Shown here: piece by piece, positions 17,838 to 27,804 of the stretch
Layout: every line of letters begins with the position of its first letter
Numbering within the stretch: the stretch's first letter is position 1
Assembly (NCBI GenBank): GCA_903824675.1
Contig: CAIJXV010000009.1
Location: forward strand, 956 to 64,955
Direction: 5' to 3'
Length of the DNA: 64,000 bases
From: an uncultured bacterium
Lineage (GTDB): Bacteria; Verrucomicrobiota; Kiritimatiellia; CAIKKV01; CAIJXV01
Translations under genes and position numbers: made by a program
Notes under the pieces: generated by a model
The model's database searches: none
What the model was told of the DNA's origin: nothing
Seen by the model: only the letters and a program-made list of their open reading frames with translations

Positions 17838-18754
17838 CCCAGGCCAAGCCCACAAATATGGCGGCATCCATCCGGCAAAAACTCTTGAACTTTGCTAACC
17901 AGACCGGGGATGATCCCAATGTTATCTGGACACGGTATGCCATCGAACGCCTGCTTTATCGGTTATCGGTCTCCGAATTTAAAGAGGAGTTCGTGCTCAA
18001 GGGGGCCGCTCTTTTCATGGTCTGGCTCAATGAACCTCATCGGCCAACGATGGACTTGGATCTTCTTGGGCACGGCGAGGACTCCAATGAACACGTGGGA
18101 GATATTTTTCGAAAAGTCTGCCGCATGGACATCGAGAACGACGGCCTGAATTTCAGGGAAGAGAGTATTCGGGTCGTGCCGATCCGGGAAACGATGGAAT
18201 ATCACGGGCGCAGAGTCAATCTCCAGGCGTACTTGGGCAAAGTGCGCATACCGCTTCAGGTGGACATCGGCTTTGGAGACGTTGTGACCCCCAAAGCGGA
18301 AATGATCGAATATCCGACATTACTGGAACTGCCGGCTCCCCGAATTCGGGCCTATCCACAGCCTACGGTTATTGCCGAAAAGCTGCACGCGATGGTCACC
18401 TTGGGCATCACTAACAGCCGGATGAAAGACTTTTACGACCTATATGCGTTGGCAAGCCGGTTCGCCTTCGAGGGTCCGATCCTGATGAAAGCCATAAAGG
18501 CAACTTTCCAGCGGCGCAAAACGGATATTCCGTCCGAAACTCCGATGGCGCTCACGGAAGAACTCAGCCGAGACAACACGAAAAATATTCAGTGGAATGC
18601 GTTTATTCGAAAGAGCGGCATTGAACCGAAAGGGCTGTTGTTTGAGGAAGTGTTGTCATTGCTTCGCACATTCCTGCTTCCGGTGCTGAAAGTCACCGCC
18701 GAACAGAGCCTTGTTCCAAACCATTGGAAGGCTGGCGGACCTTGGATTGAATGA
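17834..18754 (+). CDS. abiEii: AbiEii toxin (nucleotidyltransferase, DUF1814)
   Basis: ~306 aa. NTase-fold blocks (MDLDLLGHGED..., GFGDVV) typical of AbiEii/DUF1814. Directly coupled to AbiEi. Confidence 0.8.
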   Translation: MTQAKPTNMAASIRQKLLNFANQTGDDPNVIWTRYAIERLLYRLSVSEFKEEFVLKGAALFMVWLNEPHRPTMDLDLLGHGEDSNEHVGDIFRKVCRMDIENDGLNFREESIRVVPIRETMEYHGRRVNLQAYLGKVRIPLQVDIGFGDVVTPKAEMIEYPTLLELPAPRIRAYPQPTVIAEKLHAMVTLGITNSRMKDFYDLYALASRFAFEGPILMKAIKATFQRRKTDIPSETPMALTEELSRDNTKNIQWNAFIRKSGIEPKGLLFEEVLSLLRTFLLPVLKVTAEQSLVPNHWKAGGPWIE

Positions 18755-18757
18755 CAT

Positions 18758-18900
18758 CCCAAATGTAGCCCGTTCTATGAGCGGAAGACATTCCCCCTTT
18801 TGGACTGCGGCAGTTCACTGCCGCTTTCTCTCCGGCGCAGTGCGCCTGGGTCAGTGAGTTTATGGCGTGTCAGATAGGACGACGCGAAAACCCAAATACG
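18758..18900 (+). repeat. Twin-hairpin repeat element, copy 4 (internal ~60-nt deletion, retains 55-nt tail)
   Basis: gcccgttctatgagcggaag...ttggactgcggcagttcactgccgc...ggcgcagtg then a jump to gagtttatggcgtgtcagataggacgacgcgaaaacccaaatacg. Same orientation as copy 3, 14.3 kb upstream. Confidence 0.75.
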
Positions 18901-19018
18901 GGATGGCCTATAACATGGAAAATGTCGTCCTCTCCGTGATGTTTGCTTACGGAGGTGATGAAAAACTCAAAGTGTGGCGTGTATATGAGAAATGGGCGAC
19001 AAAATATCCGGAACCCTG
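18899..19018 (+). pseudogene. Remnant of the 3' end of a Sel1-protein gene (paralogous to the last ~39 codons of 2054..3199)
   Basis: Encodes GMAYNMENVVLSVMFAYGGDEKLKVWRVYEKWATKYPEP*, versus the gene end GMAYRIENVFFAVMFSYEEEKKLKIWRVHEKWAAKYPTP*. No upstream coding body. Confidence 0.7.
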
Positions 19019-19057
19019 ACCGCCTGGGCACGTCTGCGGACGGCATGCAGACGTCAG

Positions 19058-19150
19058 CTAAGAAGCGTTCATAGAACGCTGCTACACCCAGAATGTAGCC
19101 CAGCTTCCCCCAAATGTAACCCCGCTCTATGAGCGGAAAAGTTTCCTGAT
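19058..19150 (+). repeat. Mosaic of remnants: vapC 3' end (aagaagcgttcatag...gctacacccagaatgt) plus a partial twin-hairpin repeat start
   Basis: 15 nt identical to the last codons and stop of vapC, and 16 nt identical to its downstream flank (4238-4253). cccgctctatgagcggaaaag at 19130-19150. Confidence 0.55.
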
Positions 19151-19194
19151 AGTAGCGGTTTAAGCTGAAGGCTGACTACGGACTTGATCGCGCA

Positions 19195-19848
19195 TTACGT
19201 AGCAAGAAGGTCTTGCTGAATGGCGTCAAAAGTGGCCTGTGCCCAGACCGCGTGCCCTTGATCGTTGGGATGGCAGTCCAGATTGCCGGCATGAAATTTA
19301 TCCCAATCCCGGCCCGATGCGGTGGCCTTCAGTATGGCACTGCGAACATCGGCCAGAACACATTGGGAATCACGGGCCACCTGTTTTACGGTTGCCAGGG
19401 TTTATTCCGGATGTCGCCAGGTGGGGAACAGGGGGTTTTCGCCCCCCATGGCTATGACCACGAAATCGGCGCCAAAGCGACCCCGGGTGACGCCGATCAG
19501 TTCGCGCTGCGCCTGGTAGGTGGCTTCCGGCGGGAGAAAATGGTAACCGCAGTCATTGGCGCCAAACGAGAGGAGTACCAGGTCCGGCTGATGCTCGGCG
19601 AGTCCATCCAAACGACCCAGCCCCTCGAAGGAGTTCTGTCCGCCGATGGCGAAGTGCGTCACCGTGAACGGGGAGGTGGGATAGTGTTTCTGGAGCAGAC
19701 GCCCCAATTGCTGGCCCCAATTCTGGGCCGCACAACTGGCGCCCCCGAAGTAGGTCGGGCTCCGCCCCACCTCGCAAATGGAATCGCCATACAGCGTTGT
19801 TCGGATGGGTTTATGTTCCTGAATCAGTTTTCTGATTTTATCAAGCAT
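19195..19848 (-). pseudogene. SGNH/GDSL hydrolase interrupted by an in-frame TAA (19402-19404)
   Basis: Upstream part carries blocks I-III (LYGDSI, FAIGGQNS, FGANDCG). Downstream in-frame part carries block V (DCHPNDQGH). Both are in the same frame, separated by TAA. The catalytic Asp/His would be lost from the truncated product. Confidence 0.6.
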
Positions 19849-20516
19849 GGGATCTCTGTGGGTACTGGTCTGGGACTATCAAAAGGCGAAGAGAAAATCT
19901 TTTAACACAACGGAAGTGAGGAGGGAATCCTAAAGTAAGACCCGCGAACCGTTATTCACGCAAAGCCGCAGAGCCCGCTAAGATTTCAGAGAGCCGCGCG
20001 ACGTGTCCCGCCTGGAAGCGGGATGCCTCGCGCGGCTACTGCTCTTGAAAGATTCTCCGAAACGGGAACCGGACGCGCGGTGCACGATCACGTTCCGTGA
20101 GCGCTCACCGCACGGCCTTGCTCCCCTTGGCGACCTTTGCGTCTTCGCGTGAGACCTCCCCTTCGCCGGGGTGGGAGGAAACTTTCGTAACGCATGGCGA
20201 AGTGGTAAGGCATTCCTGCCCGACTCTGAAGAGAGCGCGGAAGTGTCAGGCACGAATGTCTGACATACGGATCTTTTTGAGTTTATTGTGAAGGGTGATT
20301 TTACAGCCAAGGATTGATAGTTCTATTGTGGGGGAGGACCCTGGCCGCCCGTCTCCCTCCGCTTTCCCCCGCGACCACCGGTCGCAGCTACAGCAATCCA
20401 AATTCCACCCATGAGAATGGGCAGATTAATCCGCGACAAGTCGAGCCCAATAAATATCTTGTTCCTGAAAGTCGCACTCTATAGCCTATCACTCATTGTG
20501 ATTACAAAGGAGCAAG

Positions 20517-22087
20517 TCATGCGTGTGATCTATCTGGCCATTGATGATGTATCTCTGCCCTTGCGGAAGAATGTGTGTCTGTCCATCAGCAAACCCACGG
20601 TGCGGCGGGAACCCGTATTGGGGCCCAGTCCGTTGGATAGCAACGCCCCAGACAATCTGGCCGCGCATTTCTATGGTACGGTCCTTCACGATGCGGGCAA
20701 GTTCCGGATGTGGTACTACGCCTGCCATCGTGGCCGAAATCTCGATTGGTCACCCCGGCATATGCAGCAAATTGCCAAAATGCCAAGCTGGATGATCGGC
20801 GTTAAGGAGGGTAATGAAGTCTGCCAGGGGCCGTTGTGTTATGCCGAGAGCGTTGATGGCATCGTCTGGACCAAGCCGGTGTTAAGGCAGGTCTTGTTCA
20901 AGGGCAGTCGGGACAATAATGCCCTGGCATTGCCCCATACCGTGGTCAGCGGTGCATCCGTGATCCGGGATGACGCCGATCCCAATCCGGCCCGCCGTTA
21001 CAAAATGGTCTATCAGTTCTTTCCCGACCAGACCGAGCCGCTGATTCCAGAAAACGGAACCCTCCCCAGCATGGCCTGTGCAGTGTCACCGGACGGTCTG
21101 AAATGGACGATGACGGGAATGCCGTTCGTCAACCAGTTCGTTGAGCATTGTTCATTTATCCGACACAATGGCCAATACATCGTGCATTCACAGGCTTTCC
21201 CGGGCAATGGCTGGGGTGGGGGTGCCTACACAGAGGGCACCGCCGCCGGGGGGCGTACCGGCGTGGCCCATGCCACCTACGACTTTGATCGCTGGCCGGA
21301 TCTCTGGCAGTGGGCCTTTGCGTTACCCGAGCCGCTCGATCCCGCCGACCGGGGTGCGGATAAGCTATACGATCAGGATCATCTGGGAGTGGGCGCTGTG
21401 AGCCTGGGTAATGTTTGTGTGGGTATTTACGGCGTGTGGCACAATCAACCCTTTGGCGAAAATTTTGGCAAAGTGACCTGCGATTTAGGGCTGGTGATCT
21501 CGAACGACGGAATCCGCTTCCGTGAACCGGCGGCGAGTCCTGGACAGGCCTTTATTCATCGCGAGATATCGCCAGCCACCGCCGTGCCGGGGCATGAGTT
21601 CAGTACCATTCTCTGCCAGGGCAATGGGATTCTCAATGTCGGGGACGAGACCCGCATCTACCATGGGCGTTGGCGTAATGTGGGCCAGAAGGCGGAGGAC
21701 ATTGCCGCCTACTATTCGGCCGAAGTCGCCCTGGCCACCCTGCCGCGCGATCGGTGGGGCGCCCTGTCGATTATCCCCGAAGTTCAGGAGGGGACCATTT
21801 GCTCCGCGCCCCTTGCGCTTCCCGCTGACCCAGGCGGGTTGACCCTTAACGCCGACGGTGTTACCGGGCTAACGGTGGAACTCCTGGATGAACAGTTCCA
21901 GCCCGTTCCCGGTTTCGCAGAAGGGCGGATCATGGGCGCCGATGGGTTTGACTGTCCGGTGCAATGGAAGGGACATGCCCTGTCCGAACTGGGCGGGCGA
22001 ACGGTGCGCGTGCAAGTCAAAATGCGCCGCCTCGGCGAAACCAGTCCCCGTCTGTATGCGATGAACTGGACCTTTCCCCGCTCTTGA
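20517..22087 (+). CDS. Beta-propeller glycoside-hydrolase-like protein (GH43/GH32/GH117/GH130-type fold), family uncertain
   Basis: AAGGAG RBS 8 nt upstream of the ATG at 20517. Repeated Trp/Asp/Gly-rich blade-like segments. Sits in a glycan-utilisation context. The ORF-track start 20411 is an upstream extension. Confidence 0.5.
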
Positions 22088-22101
22088 CACACTTCCGGGC
22101 A

Positions 22102-23985
22102 ATGCGCATCCTTTCCCGCATGAATATTACACACGGATTATTCGCCGGTCAGGTTTTGCAACGAAATCTGAAGAACAAGGGTGGTGCGACGGTTACAGGC
22201 GACAGCCTGGCGACCGGTGTTGTCGAGGCCCGGGTGTGCAAAACGGGCCAGCCGCTCAAGGGCTGGAATTGGAAGAAAGTGGGAGCCGCCGTCCGGAATC
22301 AATTTAAAGCGCGACTCGAAGCCATTCCCGCGGGCGGGCCCTATAGCGTGGAGTTTCGGATTTGTCGGAACGATAAGATCGCGGATCGTTTGACGGTTTG
22401 CGATCTTTATGTCGGAGATGTCTGGTTCATGGCCGGTCAGAGCAATATGCAAGGCCTTGGCAATATGAACCAGGCGGCCAAACCCCATCCGTTGGTCCGC
22501 TGTTTCTATATGTGGGATGAGTGGGGGATGGCCAAAGACCCCCTCCATCAATTGAATGCAGCGGTGGATTTCGTTCATAACGGGGGCCAGGCGATCTCTC
22601 GGGAACAGGCCGAAAAGGAACGACAACATCCTTTGAAAGGGGTGGGGGTTGGTGTTTTCTTTGGGATCGAAATGGTCAAGCGCAGCGGGGTGCCGCAAGG
22701 CCTGGTTTCCTGTGCGCACGGGGGAACCTCCATGGCGCAATGGTCGCCTGCCTTGCGCGATGAGGGTGGCAAGTCATTCTATGGCGCGATGATCCGGCGT
22801 TTCAAGACGCTTGGTCAGCCGGCCCGGGGAGTGCTCTGGTACCAGGGCGAATCCGATACGGGCGAAACCTCCTCGGCCATTTACACCCAGAAGATGAAAG
22901 AGTTGGTGGCCGCATCCCGGAAAGACTTCAAGCAACCTCAGCTTCCGTGGATCATCGCTCAAATCGGTCGCCATATTGTCGATTCTCCCAACAGCCAGGG
23001 TTGGAACTCGATTCAAGATCAAGAGCGATGTCTGGTGGATCAAATCCGGAATTTAGAAACGGTTCCGGCTCTTGATCTGGAACTGGATGATGGCATTCAC
23101 GTGAGCAGCAAGGGATATGCCGTGCTCGGACAGCGGATGGCTCGGATGGCGGATCGCCTGGCATTGGGCAATCGGAAAGAGCCGGGAAGCATCCAACTCG
23201 ACCGAATCAAAGGGGTTTATTCCGCGGGCGCCCACGATCCCATGGTGCAGGGAATTGAAATCAGTTTCAAAAACGTGGTTGGATCCCTCCAGTGCCAGGG
23301 ATTGCCGGCCGGTTTTGTCCTGCTCGATGCTACGGGAAAACCGATGCAAACGTGCATCAAGACCCGGCTGGAGGGGAATAAGGCGATTTTGGAAACCATT
23401 TTGCCACCCACCCTGATCTTTGGAGTGGGATACGGATTGGGCTTTAATCCAATCTGTAATGTGGTTGATTCACGGGGTATGGCGATTCCCCAATGGGGAC
23501 CCGTGCCGGCCTGTGGCCAGAAAGGGTCGGCGTTTCTGGTGAACTGGAAGGTCAGTGGCCCCTTCGCCGAACAGGATATCGGCCACGTGACGTATCCCGC
23601 CGTTGATCAGTTGGAATGGCGGGCGCCGCAGTCGGTGCAACCCATCCTGATCATGCCGCAAAATGTCCAGCAGGCCCAGCCGGGGCTCTTATATTTGCGA
23701 ACCTTTGTGCAAGTCGCCACCGCTCGGAGCTTAAAGCTGATGATGGGGGCGGACAGTCCCTACCGGATTTGGATCAATGGCCGCGAGGGAGCGCGGAATT
23801 TGAAAGCGTCGAATCCTTCCATTCCAGATCAATATCCGCATCCTGTGGAATTCCAGGCGGGACGAAATGAAATTCTCGTTGCGTTCGATGGGCGCAAAGG
23901 AATGGGATGGGGGATATCCCTGCGGTTATTTGAAACGAACCCCCGGATCGAGTTGGCGGCGGACGCGGTGGTGGAAGAAGGCTGA
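22102..23985 (+). CDS. Sialate O-acetylesterase-like carbohydrate esterase (SASA/DUF303 SGNH-type) with C-terminal beta-sandwich domain
   Basis: GDVWFMAGQSNMQG block matches the SASA family GQSN motif. HGG and GES blocks follow. Start chosen at MRILSRM after the upstream stop. Confidence 0.65.
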   Translation: MRILSRMNITHGLFAGQVLQRNLKNKGGATVTGDSLATGVVEARVCKTGQPLKGWNWKKVGAAVRNQFKARLEAIPAGGPYSVEFRICRNDKIADRLTVCDLYVGDVWFMAGQSNMQGLGNMNQAAKPHPLVRCFYMWDEWGMAKDPLHQLNAAVDFVHNGGQAISREQAEKERQHPLKGVGVGVFFGIEMVKRSGVPQGLVSCAHGGTSMAQWSPALRDEGGKSFYGAMIRRFKTLGQPARGVLWYQGESDTGETSSAIYTQKMKELVAASRKDFKQPQLPWIIAQIGRHIVDSPNSQGWNSIQDQERCLVDQIRNLETVPALDLELDDGIHVSSKGYAVLGQRMARMADRLALGNRKEPGSIQLDRIKGVYSAGAHDPMVQGIEISFKNVVGSLQCQGLPAGFVLLDATGKPMQTCIKTRLEGNKAILETILPPTLIFGVGYGLGFNPICNVVDSRGMAIPQWGPVPACGQKGSAFLVNWKVSGPFAEQDIGHVTYPAVDQLEWRAPQSVQPILIMPQNVQQAQPGLLYLRTFVQVATARSLKLMMGADSPYRIWINGREGARNLKASNPSIPDQYPHPVEFQAGRNEILVAFDGRKGMGWGISLRLFETNPRIELAADAVVEEG

Positions 23986-24040
23986 TCGCTAACGGATGGA
24001 TGTGTCGGCAGGTGGTCAACCTCAGATATCACATGAACCT

Positions 24041-26146
24041 ATGAAGAATTATTGGCGATGGTTACAGAAGACCTTACAGCTGACGATTGTGGTGGGGGGC
24101 CTCGGTTGGGTTGACCCGGCGAAAGCAACGGACCTCGTTATCGATGAAACCGGTGCGATTTGCCAGATGAAATCGAACGGCGAGCGCATTGCCGTTCGCG
24201 GAGGGCTTCGTATTCCCGAGGTCGGTTGGGGAACGCTGGCTTGCCCGGAGCCCGAAAGGGTCACCTGTCGGCGGAATGAGCAGGATCCCACCGTCGGCCA
24301 ATGGAGCGGGACGGTGGCGGTCGGCTCCAATGGCCTTTATGGATTCACCCAAACGGTGACCCGGGTGGGGGATCGGATGATGGTCGACCTGGGCGTGTCA
24401 CCCCAACGGGCGACTCCCATCCAGGGCTTTTATTATTGGATGGACTTACCGATTGAACTCTTTCGCGGAGGCTGGGCTGAGGTGCAACTGGCCACCGGGG
24501 GAATGACCCGCGTGGATTTTCCCCAGACCCTTCCCGAAAAGCATCATTTGGGTTTTGTGACCACTTCGAATCTCGTTTTCCGGAACTCCCGAGGGACCGT
24601 GGTGGTGACGGTTGAAATGGATCGCGCCTTAGCCCTGACTTTACAGGATGAGCGGAAATGGAACGGAACCGACTATAACCTTCTGATCCCTTTTGGAGGG
24701 AGGGACAGTCATGAGGCGGGGCATCTCCGATTCACTCTGCAAGGTGCGATCGAACCGGATCTTCGTCCGGTGCGGGTGGAGATTCTAGGGATTGAGTCAA
24801 ACCGGCCATTTTGGGGAATGGGCGGTAATTTCTGTTTTGGGCCGCGCCATCCGGCAACCACCTATAATCTGGATCACCTGAATGTGAAATGGGCCCGGAT
24901 CGAGTGTAATTTACGGAGTTGGGAACCTCAAAATGATAATGATGATCCGGCCCATCCGAATGAGGCCTTTTTCCTATCCAATGCACAGGCTCAGGCCAAG
25001 ATACGGGATGATCTGGCCATGGCTCGCGATTTAGTTCGGCGACAGATTCCGATGGTGATTTCCACCTGGCAGATTCCGGATTGGTTGTGTGCTGAAAAAG
25101 GGGCCCCCTGGGACCATCGGCGAATAATTCCTCGTGAACGATGGCCCGAGTTGGCGGAGTCTGTAGCGACCTATTTACGATACCTGAAGGAGAACGCGGG
25201 GGCCGAACCATTGGCCTTCAGTTTCAATGAAGCCGATATGGGGGTGATGGTGTTGCTGACGCCGGAGGAGAATCGGGATCTGATTAAATTGCTGGGACAG
25301 ACGTTTGCGCGGATGGGCTTGAAAACCGGCTTGATGTTGGGCGATACCGGGAATGCCCGGGGATTGGCCTTCACGACACCGGCCGCGAATGATTTCGAAG
25401 CCTTGAAATATGTGCGCTGTGTGGCGTTTCATTCCTGGAGTGGGGGGAGCCCGGAGGAATTCGCCGGCTGGAAAACGCTGGCGGATCGTCTCGGGGTTCC
25501 TTTGCTGGTGACCGAATTGGGAATGGATGCCGACTGGAGGCGCAAACCCTACCAGGTCCCCGGCTATGCCTTGCGGGAGGTGGGCTTGATCCAGGAGTTG
25601 ATCCTTCAGGCCCGACCACAGAGTCTATTGCAGTGGGAACTGACCGATGACTATGGTCTGGTTCCCCAAGAAAAGGGGACGCTGACGCCGTCTGATCGCT
25701 TTTATTTTCTAAATTCGTTTTATCGTTTCGTCCCCACTAACGCAATTTATCTCATGACGACCAGCGATCATTCAAAAATGCTGATGACCGGGTTTATCCG
25801 ATCGGATTCGCCTGCCCGGAAGCCGGAATTGGTTTTGCATCTTTTTAATGAGGGCCCTGCCCGCCAGGTGACCCTGTTCGACCGGGCTCAAGTTCTCCGA
25901 GGACGAACGGTGGACCGCTGGGAGACCCAGGGGCAGGGGGTCTGTCGTCGCCTCGATCCGGTCAAGATTCGCAAACACGAAATTCATCTGGAGCTGCCGG
26001 AGGATTCGTTGACGAGTTTGACCCAACACGCTTTTGTCGCGGAAAAACGCGCAGAATACGGAAAGACCGATCCCCAGACTTCGCCGGTAAAAAGAGGCCA
26101 CAGAGCGGCAAAAGAACGGCGCTCACGCGCGCCTACTACCAACTGA
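24041..26146 (+). CDS. Putative clan GH-A (TIM-barrel) glycoside hydrolase, secreted
   Basis: Hydrophobic N-terminus. FSFNEADMG (NE acid/base-like) and VTELGMD (nucleophile-like TE) are spaced as in clan A retaining hydrolases. Family not assignable by eye. Confidence 0.45.
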   Translation: MKNYWRWLQKTLQLTIVVGGLGWVDPAKATDLVIDETGAICQMKSNGERIAVRGGLRIPEVGWGTLACPEPERVTCRRNEQDPTVGQWSGTVAVGSNGLYGFTQTVTRVGDRMMVDLGVSPQRATPIQGFYYWMDLPIELFRGGWAEVQLATGGMTRVDFPQTLPEKHHLGFVTTSNLVFRNSRGTVVVTVEMDRALALTLQDERKWNGTDYNLLIPFGGRDSHEAGHLRFTLQGAIEPDLRPVRVEILGIESNRPFWGMGGNFCFGPRHPATTYNLDHLNVKWARIECNLRSWEPQNDNDDPAHPNEAFFLSNAQAQAKIRDDLAMARDLVRRQIPMVISTWQIPDWLCAEKGAPWDHRRIIPRERWPELAESVATYLRYLKENAGAEPLAFSFNEADMGVMVLLTPEENRDLIKLLGQTFARMGLKTGLMLGDTGNARGLAFTTPAANDFEALKYVRCVAFHSWSGGSPEEFAGWKTLADRLGVPLLVTELGMDADWRRKPYQVPGYALREVGLIQELILQARPQSLLQWELTDDYGLVPQEKGTLTPSDRFYFLNSFYRFVPTNAIYLMTTSDHSKMLMTGFIRSDSPARKPELVLHLFNEGPARQVTLFDRAQVLRGRTVDRWETQGQGVCRRLDPVKIRKHEIHLELPEDSLTSLTQHAFVAEKRAEYGKTDPQTSPVKRGHRAAKERRSRAPTTN

Positions 26147-26324
26147 GTCTTGCTCCCGTTCGTAGTAGCGCCGTGTGAGGCGCGTCTTTTTCCAAAGCGG
26201 ACATTTCAGTTCTTGTTCCCGGATGTTTCGGTTTTGTGACATCGGCATATATCTTGTTTTCCCGGTCGGCTTTTGAAAGGATACGCCCTTTCTGCCGGGT
26301 CGGAAGGCTCACGAGGCACGCACA

Positions 26325-27623
26325 ATGGCCGGTTCATTACAACCAGCAACGGAATTGACGACCGATGAGGTGCGTCTTTCACTGACTTCTTATAATTGGA
26401 ACTTCGGGCTCCGCGCCGTGTTCGACGGGATTTGTGGCTCGGGCTCGTTTGTTTTTGTGGGATTCGCGCTGGCGTTGGGCGTGCCCAAGGAGCGCGTCGG
26501 TTTTTTTGCAACCGCGATCAGCTTCGCCTGCCTGCTCCAGATGCTCGGTGTATTCCTGGCCAATTATGTGACTGATCGCAAGGGTTACGTGATCAAGCTG
26601 GCGTTGATCGAACCCCTGGTGCTGGCGCTGGCGGTGCTCCTGGTGCCGCATCTGGGTATGACCGGCCGCCTGACCTTGCTGCTGGTGGCGGCATTCATGT
26701 GTGCCGCCTTCAATAACCTGACTGCCCCCGTGATGGCGGATTGGCTTTCCCAGACTTTACCGGCGGGAATTCGGGGGAAATATCTGGGTTTACGGTTCCA
26801 GATCCGATCGGCAACGTCGGTGGGGGTCATGATCCTGGCCGGGTATATCGTTGAAGGAATGGGACGTGAAAATGTAGTGGGCCTTTCGGTTTTACTGGCC
26901 GGGGGCGCCGTGGTGGGGGTATTGGCGGTGTTGATGCTGAAACGGGTCAGCCTGCCGCCGACAGAAGTCGTGACGTCCCTGCCCTGGTCGAGCCTGCGCC
27001 AGGTCCTGGAACATATTCCCTTTCGGTATTACCTCGTGGGACTCATCACGATCAATCTCCCCTTTTATTTCGCGTGTCCTTACTACCAGGTATTTAACTT
27101 GAAAGTCCTGCAGATGCGTGAGACCCACATCGCCTTCATGATTGGGGGGTATACCGTGGTGCAACTGATCAGCTACCCCTTACTCGGCCGGGTGATGGAT
27201 CGGGGTTGGATCCGGCGGTCGCTTGTATTTTCGGTATTGGGATATGTGTTCTTTTTCGCCATGTTCCCCTTTGCCCAACCGGGTCGAACCTGGCCGATGT
27301 TTGTGGGGTGGACCGTGGCCGGGTTATCGGATGCCATGGTCAATGTCGCCTGTGGCATCCTCTTGTACCGGAGTCTGCCGGAAGGACCGATGCGCACGAT
27401 GTGCTTTGCCGTTAACAGCCTGGTGGGGATTGGGTTGATGGGGGCTGGAGCCCTGCTGGCGGTACCGATTCTCGAAGCCATGAAGGGATTTGACTTAACC
27501 TTGGGAGGATTGACCCTGACCCATTTCCACATTTTCTACGGGGCGCTCAGTCTCTTGATGCTGGGATGTGTGTCCGGATTGCGCTTTTTATTTCGCTGTG
27601 AGGCCCTGACGGCTGAAGCATAA
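26325..27623 (+). CDS. MFS transporter
   Basis: ~12 predicted hydrophobic helices. Gly-rich TM segments. Length 432 aa, typical of a sugar/oligosaccharide MFS importer. Confidence 0.7.
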   Translation: MAGSLQPATELTTDEVRLSLTSYNWNFGLRAVFDGICGSGSFVFVGFALALGVPKERVGFFATAISFACLLQMLGVFLANYVTDRKGYVIKLALIEPLVLALAVLLVPHLGMTGRLTLLLVAAFMCAAFNNLTAPVMADWLSQTLPAGIRGKYLGLRFQIRSATSVGVMILAGYIVEGMGRENVVGLSVLLAGGAVVGVLAVLMLKRVSLPPTEVVTSLPWSSLRQVLEHIPFRYYLVGLITINLPFYFACPYYQVFNLKVLQMRETHIAFMIGGYTVVQLISYPLLGRVMDRGWIRRSLVFSVLGYVFFFAMFPFAQPGRTWPMFVGWTVAGLSDAMVNVACGILLYRSLPEGPMRTMCFAVNSLVGIGLMGAGALLAVPILEAMKGFDLTLGGLTLTHFHIFYGALSLLMLGCVSGLRFLFRCEALTAEA

Positions 27624-27804
27624 GACAGGGGCGTTCCTGAAGAAAAGGACCGACCTGCGCGGGGTTGGTCTCCTCATGTGCGGCAGGCGCTTCCGCTCCT
27701 CCCCCTGCCGAACGGCGCTCTTGCGCGCCTACGACCAAGGCTTTCTCTGGATACCCTCCGAAAATAAACGTGTATGTTAAAGGTAATTACGATAAAACCC
27801 GCCT

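Noticed and set aside
21964-22101. N-terminal extensions of several track ORFs (21964 start of the esterase, 29597 start of the MBL hydrolase, 56188-56703 of the helicase, 43746-43976 of BatA, 49824-50084 of GldG)
   Set aside because: Each extension overlaps the upstream gene or is a low-complexity Pro/Ser/Arg-rich stretch. Internal ATGs placed just after the upstream stop give standard domain starts.
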